Source: Enoplolaimus lenunculus (lineage: Eukaryota). From it: a stretch of 64,000 nucleotides of DNA. Each line of letters opens with the position of its first letter. Within the stretch, counting starts at the first letter, position 1. The position numbers and the translations under genes were made by a program. The notes beneath the pieces were generated by a model. It was given only the letters and a program-made list of their open reading frames with translations, was not told where the DNA came from and ran no database searches. Below are positions 13,596 through 26,838 of the stretch, piece by piece. Where the stretch lies: NCBI GenBank assembly GCA_030248215.1, contig JASANG010001204.1, positions 186,001 through 250,000 of the forward strand, written 5' to 3'.

Positions 13596-13932
13596 AGGTT
13601 AGCGTTTTCAGTTCCAAAATTATTATATAAGTACATTTGAAAATTTGAAACTTTTTATACCTTAGCAACCAATAAATGATTTGCCTACGACTATATTTGA
13701 AAAATATTCTAAATACTGTTTAGGTGTAGGTTAAAGTTAAATTAACCAAAAATAGGGGGTGACAAATTAGATGGCGTTTGTACACTACCACCAAGTTTCA
13801 GCCTCATTCAAAACCAAACCCTAATAGTAATGTGTAAGCCTAACCCAAGGTAAGTTAGTATATCTGAAAATTTGGAATAATAAGAAAATATACTAGGGCC
13901 AGTTCGATGTCACCTTGAAAACAGTTACATGT

Positions 13933-14192
13933 TTAACAACCTTCTCACATTGAGTTGCCTATAGGCAACTCAGCGCAGTGTATATACGTTAAATAATATA
14001 TAGCAACCGTGTTGAACAATTGCAACACGTATACATAGTACTAAATCACCACAAGACGTGAGAGCCCCCTCGGGCTCGACCGTCAAGCTCCTATAGCTGA
14101 GTGGTGATGGTATACGCCTCCCACTCCAGTCACTGGAGTTCGAATCCTAGCATAAAAGTAGGTTTCGAAATATTCATGTGAGAAAAGGTTAA
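13933..14192. mobile_element. TTAA-flanked piggyBac-like MITE carrying a tRNA-like segment (copy 1)
   Basis: ttaa-caaccttctcacat ... atgtgagaaaagg-ttaa; nearly identical to 44602-44872; contains tagctgagtgg (A-box-like) and ggagttcgaatcc (B-box-like). Confidence 0.8.
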
Positions 14193-16754
14193 TTTTTTCC
14201 GGCCACCATATCCAAATCAACTGCAACTAGGCCCGTAGAAAGGTAGAAGGGAGAAGGAGGTTTTGCCTCACCATGAATAATTTTGGCCCCTATAAAATTT
14301 TCATCCTTGCTTGTAAAAGCCAACAAAAACCTTTGTATGTCCGTCCTGAAAATATTTTAGCCTCCTATCAAGGTGTGCTGGCTACAGGCCTTCTACAAGC
14401 AAAGCTGTGGAAATTTCTAGTATCTGAGGAGTAAAAACCACACTTTTTCTAGTTTCACCTTTTACGTCATGAAATCATATATCCAGCTGATGTAGTAAAC
14501 ATGTGACGTTTTATATGCGATAACGAAAAAGTAAACGCTGCACGAGTAAGCCAAGATTTCATGTGAGCTATGCCGCCTGGCTATAGAGAGAATGCCAAAA
14601 CCGCCTGGCAAGCATGTAATAGTTGTTTTGAAAACAATATAGAAACCAAAAGTTATCGTATGTCGGTCTATTTCAACCAGTTAGCTACAATTCTGATTTT
14701 AGCAGGCCCTGCTTTAACAATTGTTCCTCTATGCTATAGGTTACTATGCAACAGTATGCTCCATCCTGGATGTGTTTGAAAACTGGGCCCAGAAAATTGT
14801 TACTCCAATATTAGAAACATTAACATTCAATTGGAGCAGCGTAGTTTCGCTTTCGTAAAAAAATATGTTTTGTTCAGCAATAGAAATTATTTTTAACTTA
14901 TTTAATCATTCAGTTATTGCGCTATACCAAAATTTTTAGTACTTTTACAAAGCCTAAACAATCGGCTAACTTTAAGTGTAAGCCTGAGCCTATATTGATG
15001 AAAAACGTTTAAGCCTAGTTCAAGCTATGCCAAAATCAAAGTTTTCGAAAATGTGTAGTAATCTTTCGCAAATTGTTTGAATATACCAATGTGAACTTTT
15101 AAGGCTTTTGCAGAGGTTTGACTATATTCGAGTAAACTGACCAGCACAGTAATTATTTGCCTTCAACATATTTGGAAACTATAAATTAAACAAGATTTAG
15201 ATGGGGTGAAAGTTTACAGAGGTGCAATTTGATTGGCTACTCTAAACAAAAATAAAAACAGCATTATTCACATAACGGTGTACTCGATCGATAAACATGT
15301 ATAAACATAGCGGCACACGCTCGCACACCTTCGTTTGTATACTATATAAACCTTGCTTACTTTATAGTTTGCGTACAAAGTGAATGTATATAAATAGTTA
15401 TTGTGCGGGTCAGTTATCTCGAACAAAGCCAAGCCTGAACAGCCAATTACAAATATTTTGTATTCCAGCAGCTGTTCGGCCTGTACAATTCCCCAATCAA
15501 AAACAGTTTGCATTCCAGTAGTTGTTTGGGCTGGTCCTAACAGCAATTGTCGTTTGCGACGTCTCAGTTGCCAATTGGGGCAAATAGTTGTTTGGAACAC
15601 GACACGTATATATGCTGTATAATGCAAAGACTGACTTGATAATAATTTGCATTGTTGGTAATTTGCATTGTTGTATGCCAGTCAGCTTGTTTCCAAAACA
15701 CCGAAATCAGGGATACAAAATATACTAACCCGCGTCCTATATTTTGTCATGCCGGGTGCTGTGTTCTTTCCCCGACAACTTTTACCAGTGCCACATGTTT
15801 GTTTCTTCGCGTCATATGTGTTCTGAGCTCAAACACACATCTCTGTTTTATAGCACGACAAAAATGTAAACAATTCAACTATTTACTAAAATTCTGTTTT
15901 GAAGAACAGGACAAAATCCATAAAGCATTTACAGTTTTAATATATAAATTTGCAACAGCTTATGTAAACCTGTATGGCTGCTGAATTTTTTAAGAAACTC
16001 TCAAAGTGAAATTTTTCAAGAATTGTTCGTATATATTATATACTAGATTGAGCACAGTCCAAGATCAAACGGGTAAAATTTGAAACTCCTTACGTAAAAT
16101 CAAAATGTGGCCAGTGTACAGATCTCCGGAAAATGAGAGCATGTTTCTTCCCCACTGGACACATCGCATTAAAAAATTTGGGTTCAAAACGTTCTATGTT
16201 TCCATGTTTAATTTTGCACCTTCGGATCAATTGCTCGCTCTAAAAAATATGGAAACATTTGCTAAAAAATCGCTATGGAACTGTAGAATTCAAAAACAAA
16301 AAGTTCCGTATTCATTGGATATGAATATATAAAACAATTTCTTACGGCAGAATGCCGCTTAAAAACGCAATATAATGTTTGTAGTTTATAATCAGTTGTG
16401 TTTTTCGCCTTCTGATTACGAATTAATAGCAATCACACCAATGGTAATATGTGCGTTTAAGCCGATTATTTATGAATTCAAGATTCCAAGGTTCATTTAT
16501 TGTTCATCTTAAAAATGGTATAAAAGCATGATTTTTAACGGTTTTAGTCGTGGTTGCAAAGGTTCGTTGTAAAAAAACTTGTCTACCTTGATCAAAAACT
16601 TAACTTTGCGGCGTCCTCTTGCGAGCGAAGCTAATAATTCGTGCTTCAACGAACAACAAAAACTACAGTTGTACTCTTGACACAGTGCGTAGTAAGGTGT
16701 CGTTGGGGTTTAGTATTCTGAGTGGAGCAACTGATTGGCTGCATAATTGCTATA

Positions 16755-17185
16755 CTGTGGTCACCTGAATAAGAGGGGAGAACTGATATTAATTTGGCCT
16801 CTCCAGAGGGTACCCCCCTTGTTATTCGGTTGCGGGCTGTTATTCATTTTTAACCCAGGCTCCGCCACCCTTCTTTACTGATATATATCTGGTACTGAAA
16901 CGTATATATCTGTCTTTGTGTCAATAGCTTGAGCAATAATGCAAGGTCATACTAGGAATGTACTTTCAAAATTCAAGTACGCTTTAAAGTTTCGGATTCA
17001 AATTACTTGGTCCTGAAGTCAGTTTTGCACTACAATTAGGGATAATTGACATTTATGGACTCTAATTTAGTGTTTATAGTGACTCCATCCGCTTGTGGAC
17101 TCTTATTAGAGATACGGACTCCTATTGATTTGGACTCAAAATGGGAACCCCCTCTTTTACCCTCGTGTTATGCGGGTCACTACAG
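16755..17185. mobile_element. MITE family A
   Basis: ta|ctgtggtcacctgaataagagg ... ttatgcgggtcactacag|ta. Confidence 0.88.
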
Positions 17186-17880
17186 TATCAGCATATAATC
17201 CTTCTTTCAGACTTTGAACTTTGCTCACGAGTCAAAATTTGAAAAAGTAACTGATTAGCTATGTGGACGGCGTACTTTTCTGCGAGTTTTAGGCGACAAT
17301 CTTTTATCCGCTTGATTTGGAAATGAACAAAGTTTTGGTCACAATTGATGCAAAATTCCTAATCCTTTATCTACCAGTTAGCAAGCTTCTATAAGGGCCA
17401 TGCTTTTGTCTTGAATATATACGCACTTTCACTGCATGCAGTTTTAATTTAAGCACAGTGTTTTCCGGTTCTTACAAACAAAAGAGAAGTTTTAGCATTC
17501 TTTTTTGCAGTAAGTGCATGTGGCATAGGGACAAAAACATGTTACTGCCGTAAGATTAAGACAAATATAAGCTTCCAAACTGGCTATGTTTATTGTCGGT
17601 ACTCTGTAAGGATAAGTTATTCGCGTAAAACCTACTGTCTTAGCCCACTCTGTTCACACAACGTTGATCCTCGGAGGAACAGGACAATTTTTTACTTTTT
17701 CGCGAGCGTTATAACGTGGATGCTCCATAACAAACATGAATAAAGAATTTTTCAAATCGTAATTTTCTGGTTTTAAACGCATTTAGTTTTATATTCTACT
17801 ATATTTTCATTACATAAAACTATGATCTCAGCCGCTATCGAAAACAGAAAAGAGTACTGTTTTATTAATTTTTTCGTGTT

Positions 17881-18129
17881 TCAAACTTTCATTTCCCGTT
17901 TCTTTTTTTCAATGTCGTAATATCCTGGACACAAGTCGTCGCGCATTTTGCAAAGCAATAAATCTTGCTCTCCAAACAAATCCGCCCGACGTTTTATGTC
18001 GATCGATGTAGAAATGTCACTTGGCATATTATTGGCTGGAATACGTCCAATGAAGGCTCCTTGAATCAGCGAGGAACCAATGAACGCAAATGTTACCACA
18101 AGCAACAGTTGGGTTTGGGTTGTGAACAT
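17881..18129 (-). CDS. Secreted prepropeptide (neuropeptide/hormone-like precursor), ~82 aa
   Basis: Single coding exon: hydrophobic signal peptide MFTTQTQLLLVVTFAFIGSSLIQG, spacer, KRR, peptide ADLFGEQDLLLCKMRDDLCPGYYDIE, KKKR, short tail. Splice acceptor just upstream (~18150) and donor-like sites at ~18603 and ~18845 suggest 5' exons. Confidence 0.75.
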   Translation of the reverse strand: MFTTQTQLLLVVTFAFIGSSLIQGAFIGRIPANNMPSDISTSIDIKRRADLFGEQDLLLCKMRDDLCPGYYDIEKKKREMKV

Positions 18130-19989
18130 GGTAAGCTTTTTTTGCAATCTGGCTAAAATCTGAGGGTAAATTTACCAAAACCATAGGGTACTTCACAGAG
18201 CGCTTTTATAGTCAGAAGTTAAAATATATTAAGCAGATTTTGTACACCACCCACATTTATTAAAGTTGATAGGCTTAAGCTTAGGGCCGAGCTGAGGTAG
18301 AATTTTCCTGAAACATAAATCCCAACACTAATGCCTGAGTGTAACGCCTGAGCCTGAAGCCTGATGGGAAGGGTATAAATGCCACAAAGTTTGTGGCGAC
18401 TTCAAAAAGTATATATGTTCTAAGGTGTGTCTGTATACCTTACCCACAATATTAAAAATTCGAATCATATACTGTAGTGACTCGAATAAGAAGGGACAAC
18501 TAGATATTAATGATTCAAACTCAAAATAGGGTCGCCGGACTCGAATCGTCCCCCCGTTTTATTCAGGTTCTACTCAAGAAAATCTGCCAGGATTGATACT
18601 TACCGGTGGAAACAAACTTGACAAAAGGTTTTAAAACATATATCATGAAGTCCTGTCAGCTGTCAGTAATCGTTTAGGTTACTGAGAACTAAAAATTCGC
18701 AAGTAGAATTTTCGGCTTCATAGTAAATCCAAACAAACAATTACTGGCAAGGTTTTGTTGGTTTAAACATCAGAATTCTGAAAAAGGTTAATAATACTGT
18801 AAAACAAACGGAGGAACTAAGAGAATTGAGATTCTTCATACTTACATCCGCGACGTGTTGTTCAAAGTTTATTGCTCCTTGGTCAAAATCTCGGTCAAAA
18901 GTGCTGTTGGTTTGGCGTTGTCAAATTTTTATAATTTGTAAACAAGCTTTGCTAGCAGTGAAGCGATCAAAATTCCAACCAATGTTAATAATTATACTTT
19001 TTAGGCCGTAAACTCTATGTTATGCTCCGTTCTTCCATAAATCTTAATAAGCTTGCATAAGCAAATACCGAAGCCTAAAGCGAAGAACAGTAATATAGTC
19101 CTGTTCCGTTGCAATCCTGCAACAAACAGCTCCGCGCAGACATGATGTAAAACCGCGAGCGCCAGAGCAGTTGTTTTGCCACGAAGAACTCCAGAAACAA
19201 TGAAAGAAGAATGACGTCCATGGCAAATTCTATAATATTAGTTATAATCGATCGTCTTGCTGTATTCATTAGCAGATAAATAGATATCATTCAATACCTT
19301 TTATTTCGTGAACATTCGGAAACTATAAGTAATCTTTGCCGTGGACAGCAAACTCGAGTGATAAACCGTTAATTATAGTCGAGTTTAGCAAAATACTTGA
19401 GTAAAGGTTTATGAATTTTTGTGTCATAGTTGTGGCTGAACCGTTTTATGCTTGCAACAAAAAGAGTGGATTATGAAGCAAATTCTGCCTCACTGCTGAA
19501 GACAAGTGTTCTCACATATTATGCGATAACTATATTACTGGTCCAACCGAGTATTGGCGGGGGTTGCAATCAGTAGAATGAACTGCATGCTATTATTTGA
19601 GTTTAGGAAATGATCAAAGGGACAGAATATTTCAACGTCAATTTGTTCTTGTGTCGCAGTGCTAACGCGTTGTTAAATAAGATATCTTATGAACCTGTTG
19701 CGTTGGCCTTGTTGTGAAATATATCGTGTAGAAAAATTCTTAGCTAGTAGGAACGTTATGTTAAACAAAATAAACTAAAAATTCAAAGAAAATACGCTGC
19801 ATAAAGATTACGTGCTTGCTTTTGCTGTTAATTGCACTGCACATTTTTCACAGCGTATCTAGTTGTTTAAAATCGGCAACGAGTAGGTAGCAGGGAAAGA
19901 TGTATCGCGATAAATTATTGTGATAGGTAGGCTAGGGCACGAAGTTTTTACTTTTTAAGTTCTGCGTTCTGAACAGCTGAAAATGAAGG

Positions 19990-20050
19990 AGGTTTCGACC
20001 TCGGTCGGCAGATTATCAGTTCAGCGCGCTAGCCACTGAGGCACGTCGCA
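19990..20050 (-). pseudogene. tRNA-derived fragment / SINE head
   Basis: Minus strand reads gcgacgtgcctcagtggctagcgcgctgaactgataatctgccgaccgaggtcgaaacc, with A-box- and B-box-like motifs at tRNA spacing but no clean cloverleaf. A weaker similar fragment lies at ~31662-31711. Confidence 0.45.
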
Positions 20051-20530
20051 TCACAATCAACAAGAATCTCAACATACACATGTATCTTGGTTCTTCCATG
20101 TTTTTACCGCCTTTTGCATATGAAGGCACTACATGCGCATCGACGTTTTACCGATGTGCAGCATTAGCATGAGGTTTCATGTTACATCCATGCATCCGTA
20201 CGGCACAATTATCAAGCTTTTAAACTGCAACCAATTTTGCAAGTAAGTAGTTTCAAATAATACAGATTAGAAGCGATGGAAAATTGCAATTCCGAACAGG
20301 CACGTGCAACAACTTAAAGTATCTTACAATGTAAAATACAGGAGCCGGATGCAGATATCGATTTTTTGTCGCAACCGGAGCCGGATATTTGAACGCATTC
20401 TGGTAGTCTTACTGTTTATTTTCTGCTGTTTTTATATATATGTATACAAATATGTGCCTTATTTTAGCAAGCTTTCGAATTAAGACTTTCGTATTTGTAT
20501 GCTATTTACGAAAATGACCTAGTCTCAGGG

Positions 20531-23500
20531 ATGTTGGTTGCATCGGCGCATCTGCGTGCAGCGCCGCCACTTCAGCAACTATTTAGATTAAACCGGTATA
20601 CCTCGAGATTTCTGTCTATATCTACAGCGCGTAGAAAAGAATTTTCTCACTTAAAAACCGTTCCGGCTGTGATAAAAAGCGACAGCGAAGCACAGTATGT
20701 GGTAGCGCTGTTGCGAAAATCGGAAAGAAAGTTTCTACTGGATGCCTTGAAAGCGCGTCATGAAAGTCTTCCTGACGATTCAGACGAAAGTGCTCAAAGT
20801 AAGTAATTTAATAAGTATTGATTTTCCTGCGTCGGATTCCTCATTCAACAAAGATACAGACAGCATAACAGGCTGTTGTTTATGTTACTTATACTAGATT
20901 TGCCCCGAAGCCAGGAAACAGTAAAGATAACTATTAATATGAGGTACGATATACGTAATACGCATATGGTACCTAACTGGGAAAATAAACAATCCAAATA
21001 TTTTGTAGTGCGTGCAGCAAATCCTGGGAGAATAAAATATTCCTTGTACTCAAATTTCATGTGATTTTCACATTTTCAAACGACAATGGCAAATCTAACT
21101 TACAGTGGAATCTTTAGGATTTGCAACAAGTGCTTGAGTGGTGACTGACAGGGATGGGCGGTCTCGGTCTCGGCCAGTCTCTGCGATTTATAAGCTTAAT
21201 TGTATGAAGCGGCAATTCGAAGCAGATAAAAATATATATTCATTTATTTTTGGTAACCTTTAAAAACTGACCGAGACCCAGACCAAAAGTCTCGGTCTCT
21301 ATTCTATATAGGTTGGGACTCGGTCTGGATCTCGGTTTTTTGACCGAGACCACCCATCCCTGGTGATTGATCAAAGTAGTCCCGGGAAGACAATAAATGT
21401 TGAAAGCTGCTGGAACGCAGGACAATCAGTACGTTCAATTCAACAACTAGTTATATACTTAATTACATAATTGAGCAAGTTGTTTTGCATTGGAAAATGT
21501 GAGTTCGGCTCGAGTATTTTTGGTACGTATATATTTTGAATATGTCGTAATCCAGTGCCAGTATGTATGCAATTAATAGTTTTCGTTCCGATCAATTGTC
21601 ATTTGCCAACGTTTTCACTTATTGCGTTTCAGAGCATGATAAAGCTTCCACGAAATTAACAACTGAGCAAGTCAAACGATGTAAGTTTATTACGTGCGTA
21701 TAAGTAAAATCAGCGTTTTGTGTAAGACAGACGCATTGTCAATTTTGATTTTCATATGGCCTATTTTAATAATAAGTGCTGTGAATGTAGCATTGTGTCA
21801 TTCTAACATCACCATGCTGTTAACACTAGTCGGAATACTTAAACCGTGTGACGATATCTACATGTTTTTGTCGGGTTGAGTCATTGAAGGGCCCGTCTAC
21901 GTTGGTTTTAGTGACGTCTAGTTTTGCCGAAGACTGTAATAGGGTAGATTTGTGTTTATGTGAACTGGCTTAGGCTTATTTTACACGTAGGCTTTGGCTT
22001 CGAAATAACGCTTTACATAAAAGTAACATTGGCCTTCGATTGTGTTCTGTAGCCGGCGTGTACCTGGATATCCATTTCCGGTTAAAATCGGTGTCCGTTT
22101 CCGTTATATAAATAACGGAACTTCAGTTATTTTATGTTTAGAATTAGTTATATAATACGTAAATATCTCGCAATTTTTCGTTGTAGATACTCCAATTGTT
22201 TGAAATGAAATAAAAATTATGAAATTCGTCCAATATCTTCAAAATTTCGTTACATCCGATATTTTCTCTTTGAATTTTTGTAAAACCAGTGAATATATGC
22301 ACCCCTCAATTGTGTCGGCAAAAAATTAAACATTTTTGAAACTTTTATACTTCAATATCCGTATTCCGTTTCCGCTATTATTACTACCCGTTTACACCCT
22401 GCCTGTGGCGTATGGGCTGTGTTTCTAAAATCCTACTTAAGTACGACTTTACGGTTGAGTATGTTCCAATTACTTAACCACTTAGTCACCTCTAACAGCG
22501 AGCTTAAGTTAGGTAAATACTTACGTCACTGACCAAATTGATGGCTTAAAAGCTGACAGTTCAAGCATATTAATTTTGTTCAAATCGAAATGTACCCCGC
22601 TGTGCTTTTTTGAAGTAAAATGTACACCAAAGCTTTTGCTTCCTTGCTATTTTATCATTTTAGTGTTTGTGCTCAATGCAATTCCTTTTATTGGATTCGG
22701 TTTGCTCGATAATTTTCTTATGATAGTAGCTGTAAGTCAAGCTTCGTTTTAAATTTGTGGATACATTGTCAATGTCAAATCTTATCGCTTACTAACAATT
22801 TGTTATTACGTGCCAGGTGGGTACTAGAGTATCACGTGGCTAGTTTGGTTTGTGTTGGACTGCTAATTAATTACTAAATTTTATTCAGCTTAATCAATTT
22901 GTATTTAGGGCGAGTATATTGACAACACCATGGGGATCGTGTTTGGCCTTTCAACTATGGCAGGTGAGCTTGCATTTGAATGAAACTAGCCCGAGTAGTT
23001 GCTGTTGCAAGCAAGATAAATGGAAGAGAATCACATGCTGCTTTGTTGACGTTGTGTAGCGTAGTCTGGAGGAAAATTTGGAAATGTATTGTTTGTGTAA
23101 CTGAACAATGGAAATAAATATCCTCAGTTGGAAGCTTTGTAATTTCTTTCGTTCGTAATGCACATTTCTAGTTGTTACTTCTAAAAACAGTCTGGCAGGT
23201 TGTTAGCCTTGTGCCTTAATATATAAACTTAATTATGTTTTAGTTAATATTTTCAGCCGCTGGCCTCGGTAACATAGTATCTGATTTAGCAGGGGTTGGG
23301 TAAGTTCAATTCCGATATAATATTGTTATGATAATTAAGTTTGTTTTAATTACTACAGGCTGTCTGGACTAAGTCATAAATTTAAACAGGAATATATAGC
23401 TATGCAGTAGGGATATTTTCGATAAACAGCTTTCATTAGAAAATAGAGGATGTGGGACGTGGAACTAGTCATTATGTATACTACCACCGTTCTCCTCTGC

Positions 23501-26500
23501 TCAGACACGGAAGCTGCTGTTGAGTAGTTGAATTTTTTTCTTCATAATTTTATACTTACACAAGGAAACAATAAGCAGTGTTAAATGTTGCTATCCAGCA
23601 GCTTCGGATTGGGCTAACTAGTAATATTTTTTATAAAAATTCAAACTCATGTTGCTTGTGCATTAAAACGTTCGTGAAGAACAAATTTGAAAGTTAAGAA
23701 ACTTCAATTTGAAAAAAACCGCATCCGCGGATGTGAAGTTCGAAAACCTGCATCTGCAAATTTTGAAACACCCGCATCCGTAACGTCAATACTATACGGG
23801 TTAAGTATTATAAGGTAATCATCCTGGCACTGAGCCGTGATATTGCATTTTTATCTTTTAATTTATGTCTTGTTTGAAGAAATATCGAGTAAAGCCGCAT
23901 CTTGATTGCTAAACCTATGCGTATCTCCACTTTTTTTAAATTTCCCATCAATCATAGGCTCCAGTTAAACGGGATAATCATTTCCAGAATTAGGTGTATG
24001 ATATCAAGTTTTGATCTTTGCAGCACTGCGCATTATGTTGAGGCACTAGTCGCACGTATTGGCTTTACAACACCAAACTTAACACCTGAGCAATGGGATT
24101 CGTCACAAGCGCGTTGGACTGCAAATACGGTAAGGAGAGATAATGTGTGTTCGCTATGGCATGATTTTAGAAGATGGTTTTAAGCTCGTAGCTAGCTGAG
24201 ATCAGTCGGGAATCAAGGCACAGGAGCAACATTATGGTAGGGTTTATGAGGCGTAACGGTAAGTATAATTCGATTGTGTTTCTGTCAACGATAGTGAGTT
24301 GTGCGTAGTGGTTTATCAACACCCTGTATGATCAGTGGTTCACGCTGATGCTGTGGTGTGATCACAAAGTGAAGCTCATTTGTGGTAAAAATTGTCAAGA
24401 AGGTTGATGTATAAATGGAACAATGTGTCAATCCGCCATTAATATCGTCATTCATCTAACCTGCGCACTGCCAATTGTTATAATGGTTTTGTCTTTTTTC
24501 AATTGTTTTGTTTCCTATTGAGTTTTGCTTAGAATATTGCTTGTATTCGCAAAGCTATAGCTAAGATGCTATTGGACGTTTTTCTTTTTGTCGCCACTCA
24601 AAATATATAATATACATTATAATTTTCGATTTTCCATCTAAAAATATTGTTAATGAGTACCATTTACATGCATAAGACTTTTTATGTAAACTATAATGGA
24701 TGTTGATTCAATTATATTGATTTATTTTGCTGTTTCTCTAGTTCTATATAAGAGTACTGTATGGTTGATTGATATGTCTTAGCTAGCTACGTAGCTGAGT
24801 GACTTTGTAGAAGTTCAGTCTTTTCAAGTGTTGAGCGTGAATTGAATTATAAGACATATATGAACATTATATGGGTGTATTGTGGCATGCTAAGTTCGGC
24901 TAAGTGGCTTAAAGTTTTTAGTTTGAAGGAGCAGGCGGTAGCAATGTGCTTTATATTTGGCGAATTGGCGGATATAAAGGGAGTTGAGTGCATGCAAGGA
25001 ATCTGGTAGAAAGACTTTTGGATACTGTGGTTTTCCTAGGGTGCTTGTGAGTAAGGAGTGGGGTATGCCCCGTACCATTGCGACAAGCTGGAGGGAGGCG
25101 AAATGTTGCGGGAGAAGTATATACGTACTTTAAGGGGTTCCGGAAAAAAGTTGGGGAAGGGGTCAAGTGGATAGAGACAGCGACTGTGGCAACCCCGGAA
25201 TGTTTTTGTCTTCTTTACGTCCTCATTTCAGCGAAATGGTAAAATATGTTGTTGAGTAGAAGCGTATTATGTTTTGTGCTCATGGGGTTGAAGGTTTAAC
25301 GTTCGTCCATCTCATTTTTACGATGTTAACTCGTATTGCGGTTTAGAAATGCAAAGTTTTTGTTTAGGCACAGACTAAATTATCGCATTACGTCTAAATA
25401 AATAGTTTTTGCAATGTAGCATTAATTGTTAGCATGCATATACAAACAAGTAGTAAACTGACATCGCATAATTTTTGGGCTGTGAAACATGCATATATAA
25501 TTATGTATGTATAAAAAATGTTTATATAATTCAGATATATCGTGTGGCTCCATTCCAGTTACTTAGTAATAACGTTCATTGTGACGTACACCAGATTCGA
25601 AAGATTATATATTATCAATATTAATACGCTGGAAAATTTAACAAGTTTCTTCTTGACCATTGGAGATAATGGTGGGTAAACGTTGATAGCGGGTAAAGCA
25701 ATTTTGCACGGGTTAACTACACGTGGATAAGAATTGAAATTTCCGCGCGGTGAAGTGTTGGCCCAGTAAAAGTCTTTATACACTTACAACTCTGGTGGGA
25801 TTATGCTTAGGTTTAGGCTTACGCGAAGGCGTACGCTTAAGCATGCGGTCAACGGGTTTTTTCTGTTATACCCCAGCTGGCTTTTACCCAAAAATGGTTC
25901 TATTGTGAAGCTTTTTTATATTTAAGTTTCTCATCATTGACCTTCGCTGACCATTTCATCCAAATTTGAATTGTTGACAAGTTGGATTTTTTAAGGTTAC
26001 AAGGTACCTGCGACTCAAAATTTTTGTGTCAAAATTTTAGTTAAGATATATTATCCAATCAGACGGTCTGTTAACGAGTTACGATGAAATAACTAGTTTA
26101 CCTTGGCATCTTAAAAATCGAATGTTTAAAAAGTCAAATTTGGGAGCGAAATGATTGTGGGAAGTCATAAGCAGCTGAAATATGCAAAACAAATTTGCAA
26201 GGCAATTAGTATTGTGCAAGCGGTGGCTGGGGTGAGGATAATGGAAAAGACCCGGGCGTAATGTACAAGAACCGAGATAACTACTATTGTTTTGTTTGTG
26301 TTGTATGTAGGGGTGTGCCGATTAATCGGCGTCGGTAATAATCGGCACTTTTCGGGAGTATCGGCATCGGATCTGCAAAAAAATTGCCGATTCTTTGCCG
26401 ATACTTTTTCATTTCTGGGCACATATCAGTGTGTGTGGTCAGGAAAACTTACCTCTTTTGCGTTTGTGTTTGAACAAATTAATTGAAATGAACTGTTCTC

Positions 26501-26838
26501 ATAAAGTTATAATCGCTTATGTTGGTTAGGGTTTAAGTCTTCATATACTGATGTAATGTAGTGTTCTGTCTGTTTATTAAGCATGGTTTATTACAGTTGG
26601 AATCGGCATCGGTTCGGCATCGGCAAAATTTCAAAATAAAGATCGGCATTGGTATAGGCATCGTTAAAAATTTTGGTATCGGCCCATCCCTAGTTGTATG
26701 TTTAACATTTGATTGCAGGGAAGAGCAATTGGACTGGTGATCGGTTGCCTGGTAGGCATGTTTCCGTTATTGTTTTTTGACGAGGAATCGAAGATGGAAC
26801 AAAAGATGAAAACGTATACTGTTGAACCGAATCAATAA
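20531..26838 (+). CDS. TMEM65: Transmembrane protein 65 (mitochondrial), 7 exons, ~235 aa
   Basis: Phase-consistent exons 20531-20798, 21633-21680, 22664-22731, 22909-22963, 23257-23299, 24024-24129, 26719-26838. Signature NAIPFIGFGLLDNFLMIVAGEYID...STMAAAGLGNIVSDLAGVG...GRAIGLVIGCLVGMFPLLF. Arg-rich N-terminus resembling a mitochondrial transit peptide. Confidence 0.95.
21149..21362. mobile_element. hAT-like MITE in TMEM65 intron 1
   Basis: gtgactga|cagggatgggcggtctcgg ... ccgagaccacccatccctg|gtgattga (8-bp TSD, 1 mismatch). Confidence 0.85.
26308..26692. mobile_element. hAT-like MITE in TMEM65 intron 6
   Basis: gttgtatg|taggggtgtgccgat ... atcggcccatcccta|gttgtatg; perfect 8-bp TSD; atcggc subterminal repeats. 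Confidence 0.88.

Noticed and set aside
13342..13636. Overlapping short GC-rich ORFs
   Set aside because: They derive from the internal repeats of a MITE; the same applies to the ORFs at 49858-50307 and 28172-28555.
14087..14160. Functional tRNA gene
   Set aside because: A and B boxes are present, but the acceptor and anticodon stems do not pair properly and it lies inside a dispersed repeat.
19044..19290. Second small secreted Cys-rich peptide
   Set aside because: The N-terminus is interrupted by charged residues, there is no clear processing pattern and no splice support.
24890..25200. Purine-rich stretch with short ORFs in TMEM65 intron 6 (possible retroelement or viral remnant)
   Set aside because: No RT, integrase or capsid motif is visible; BLASTx would be needed.
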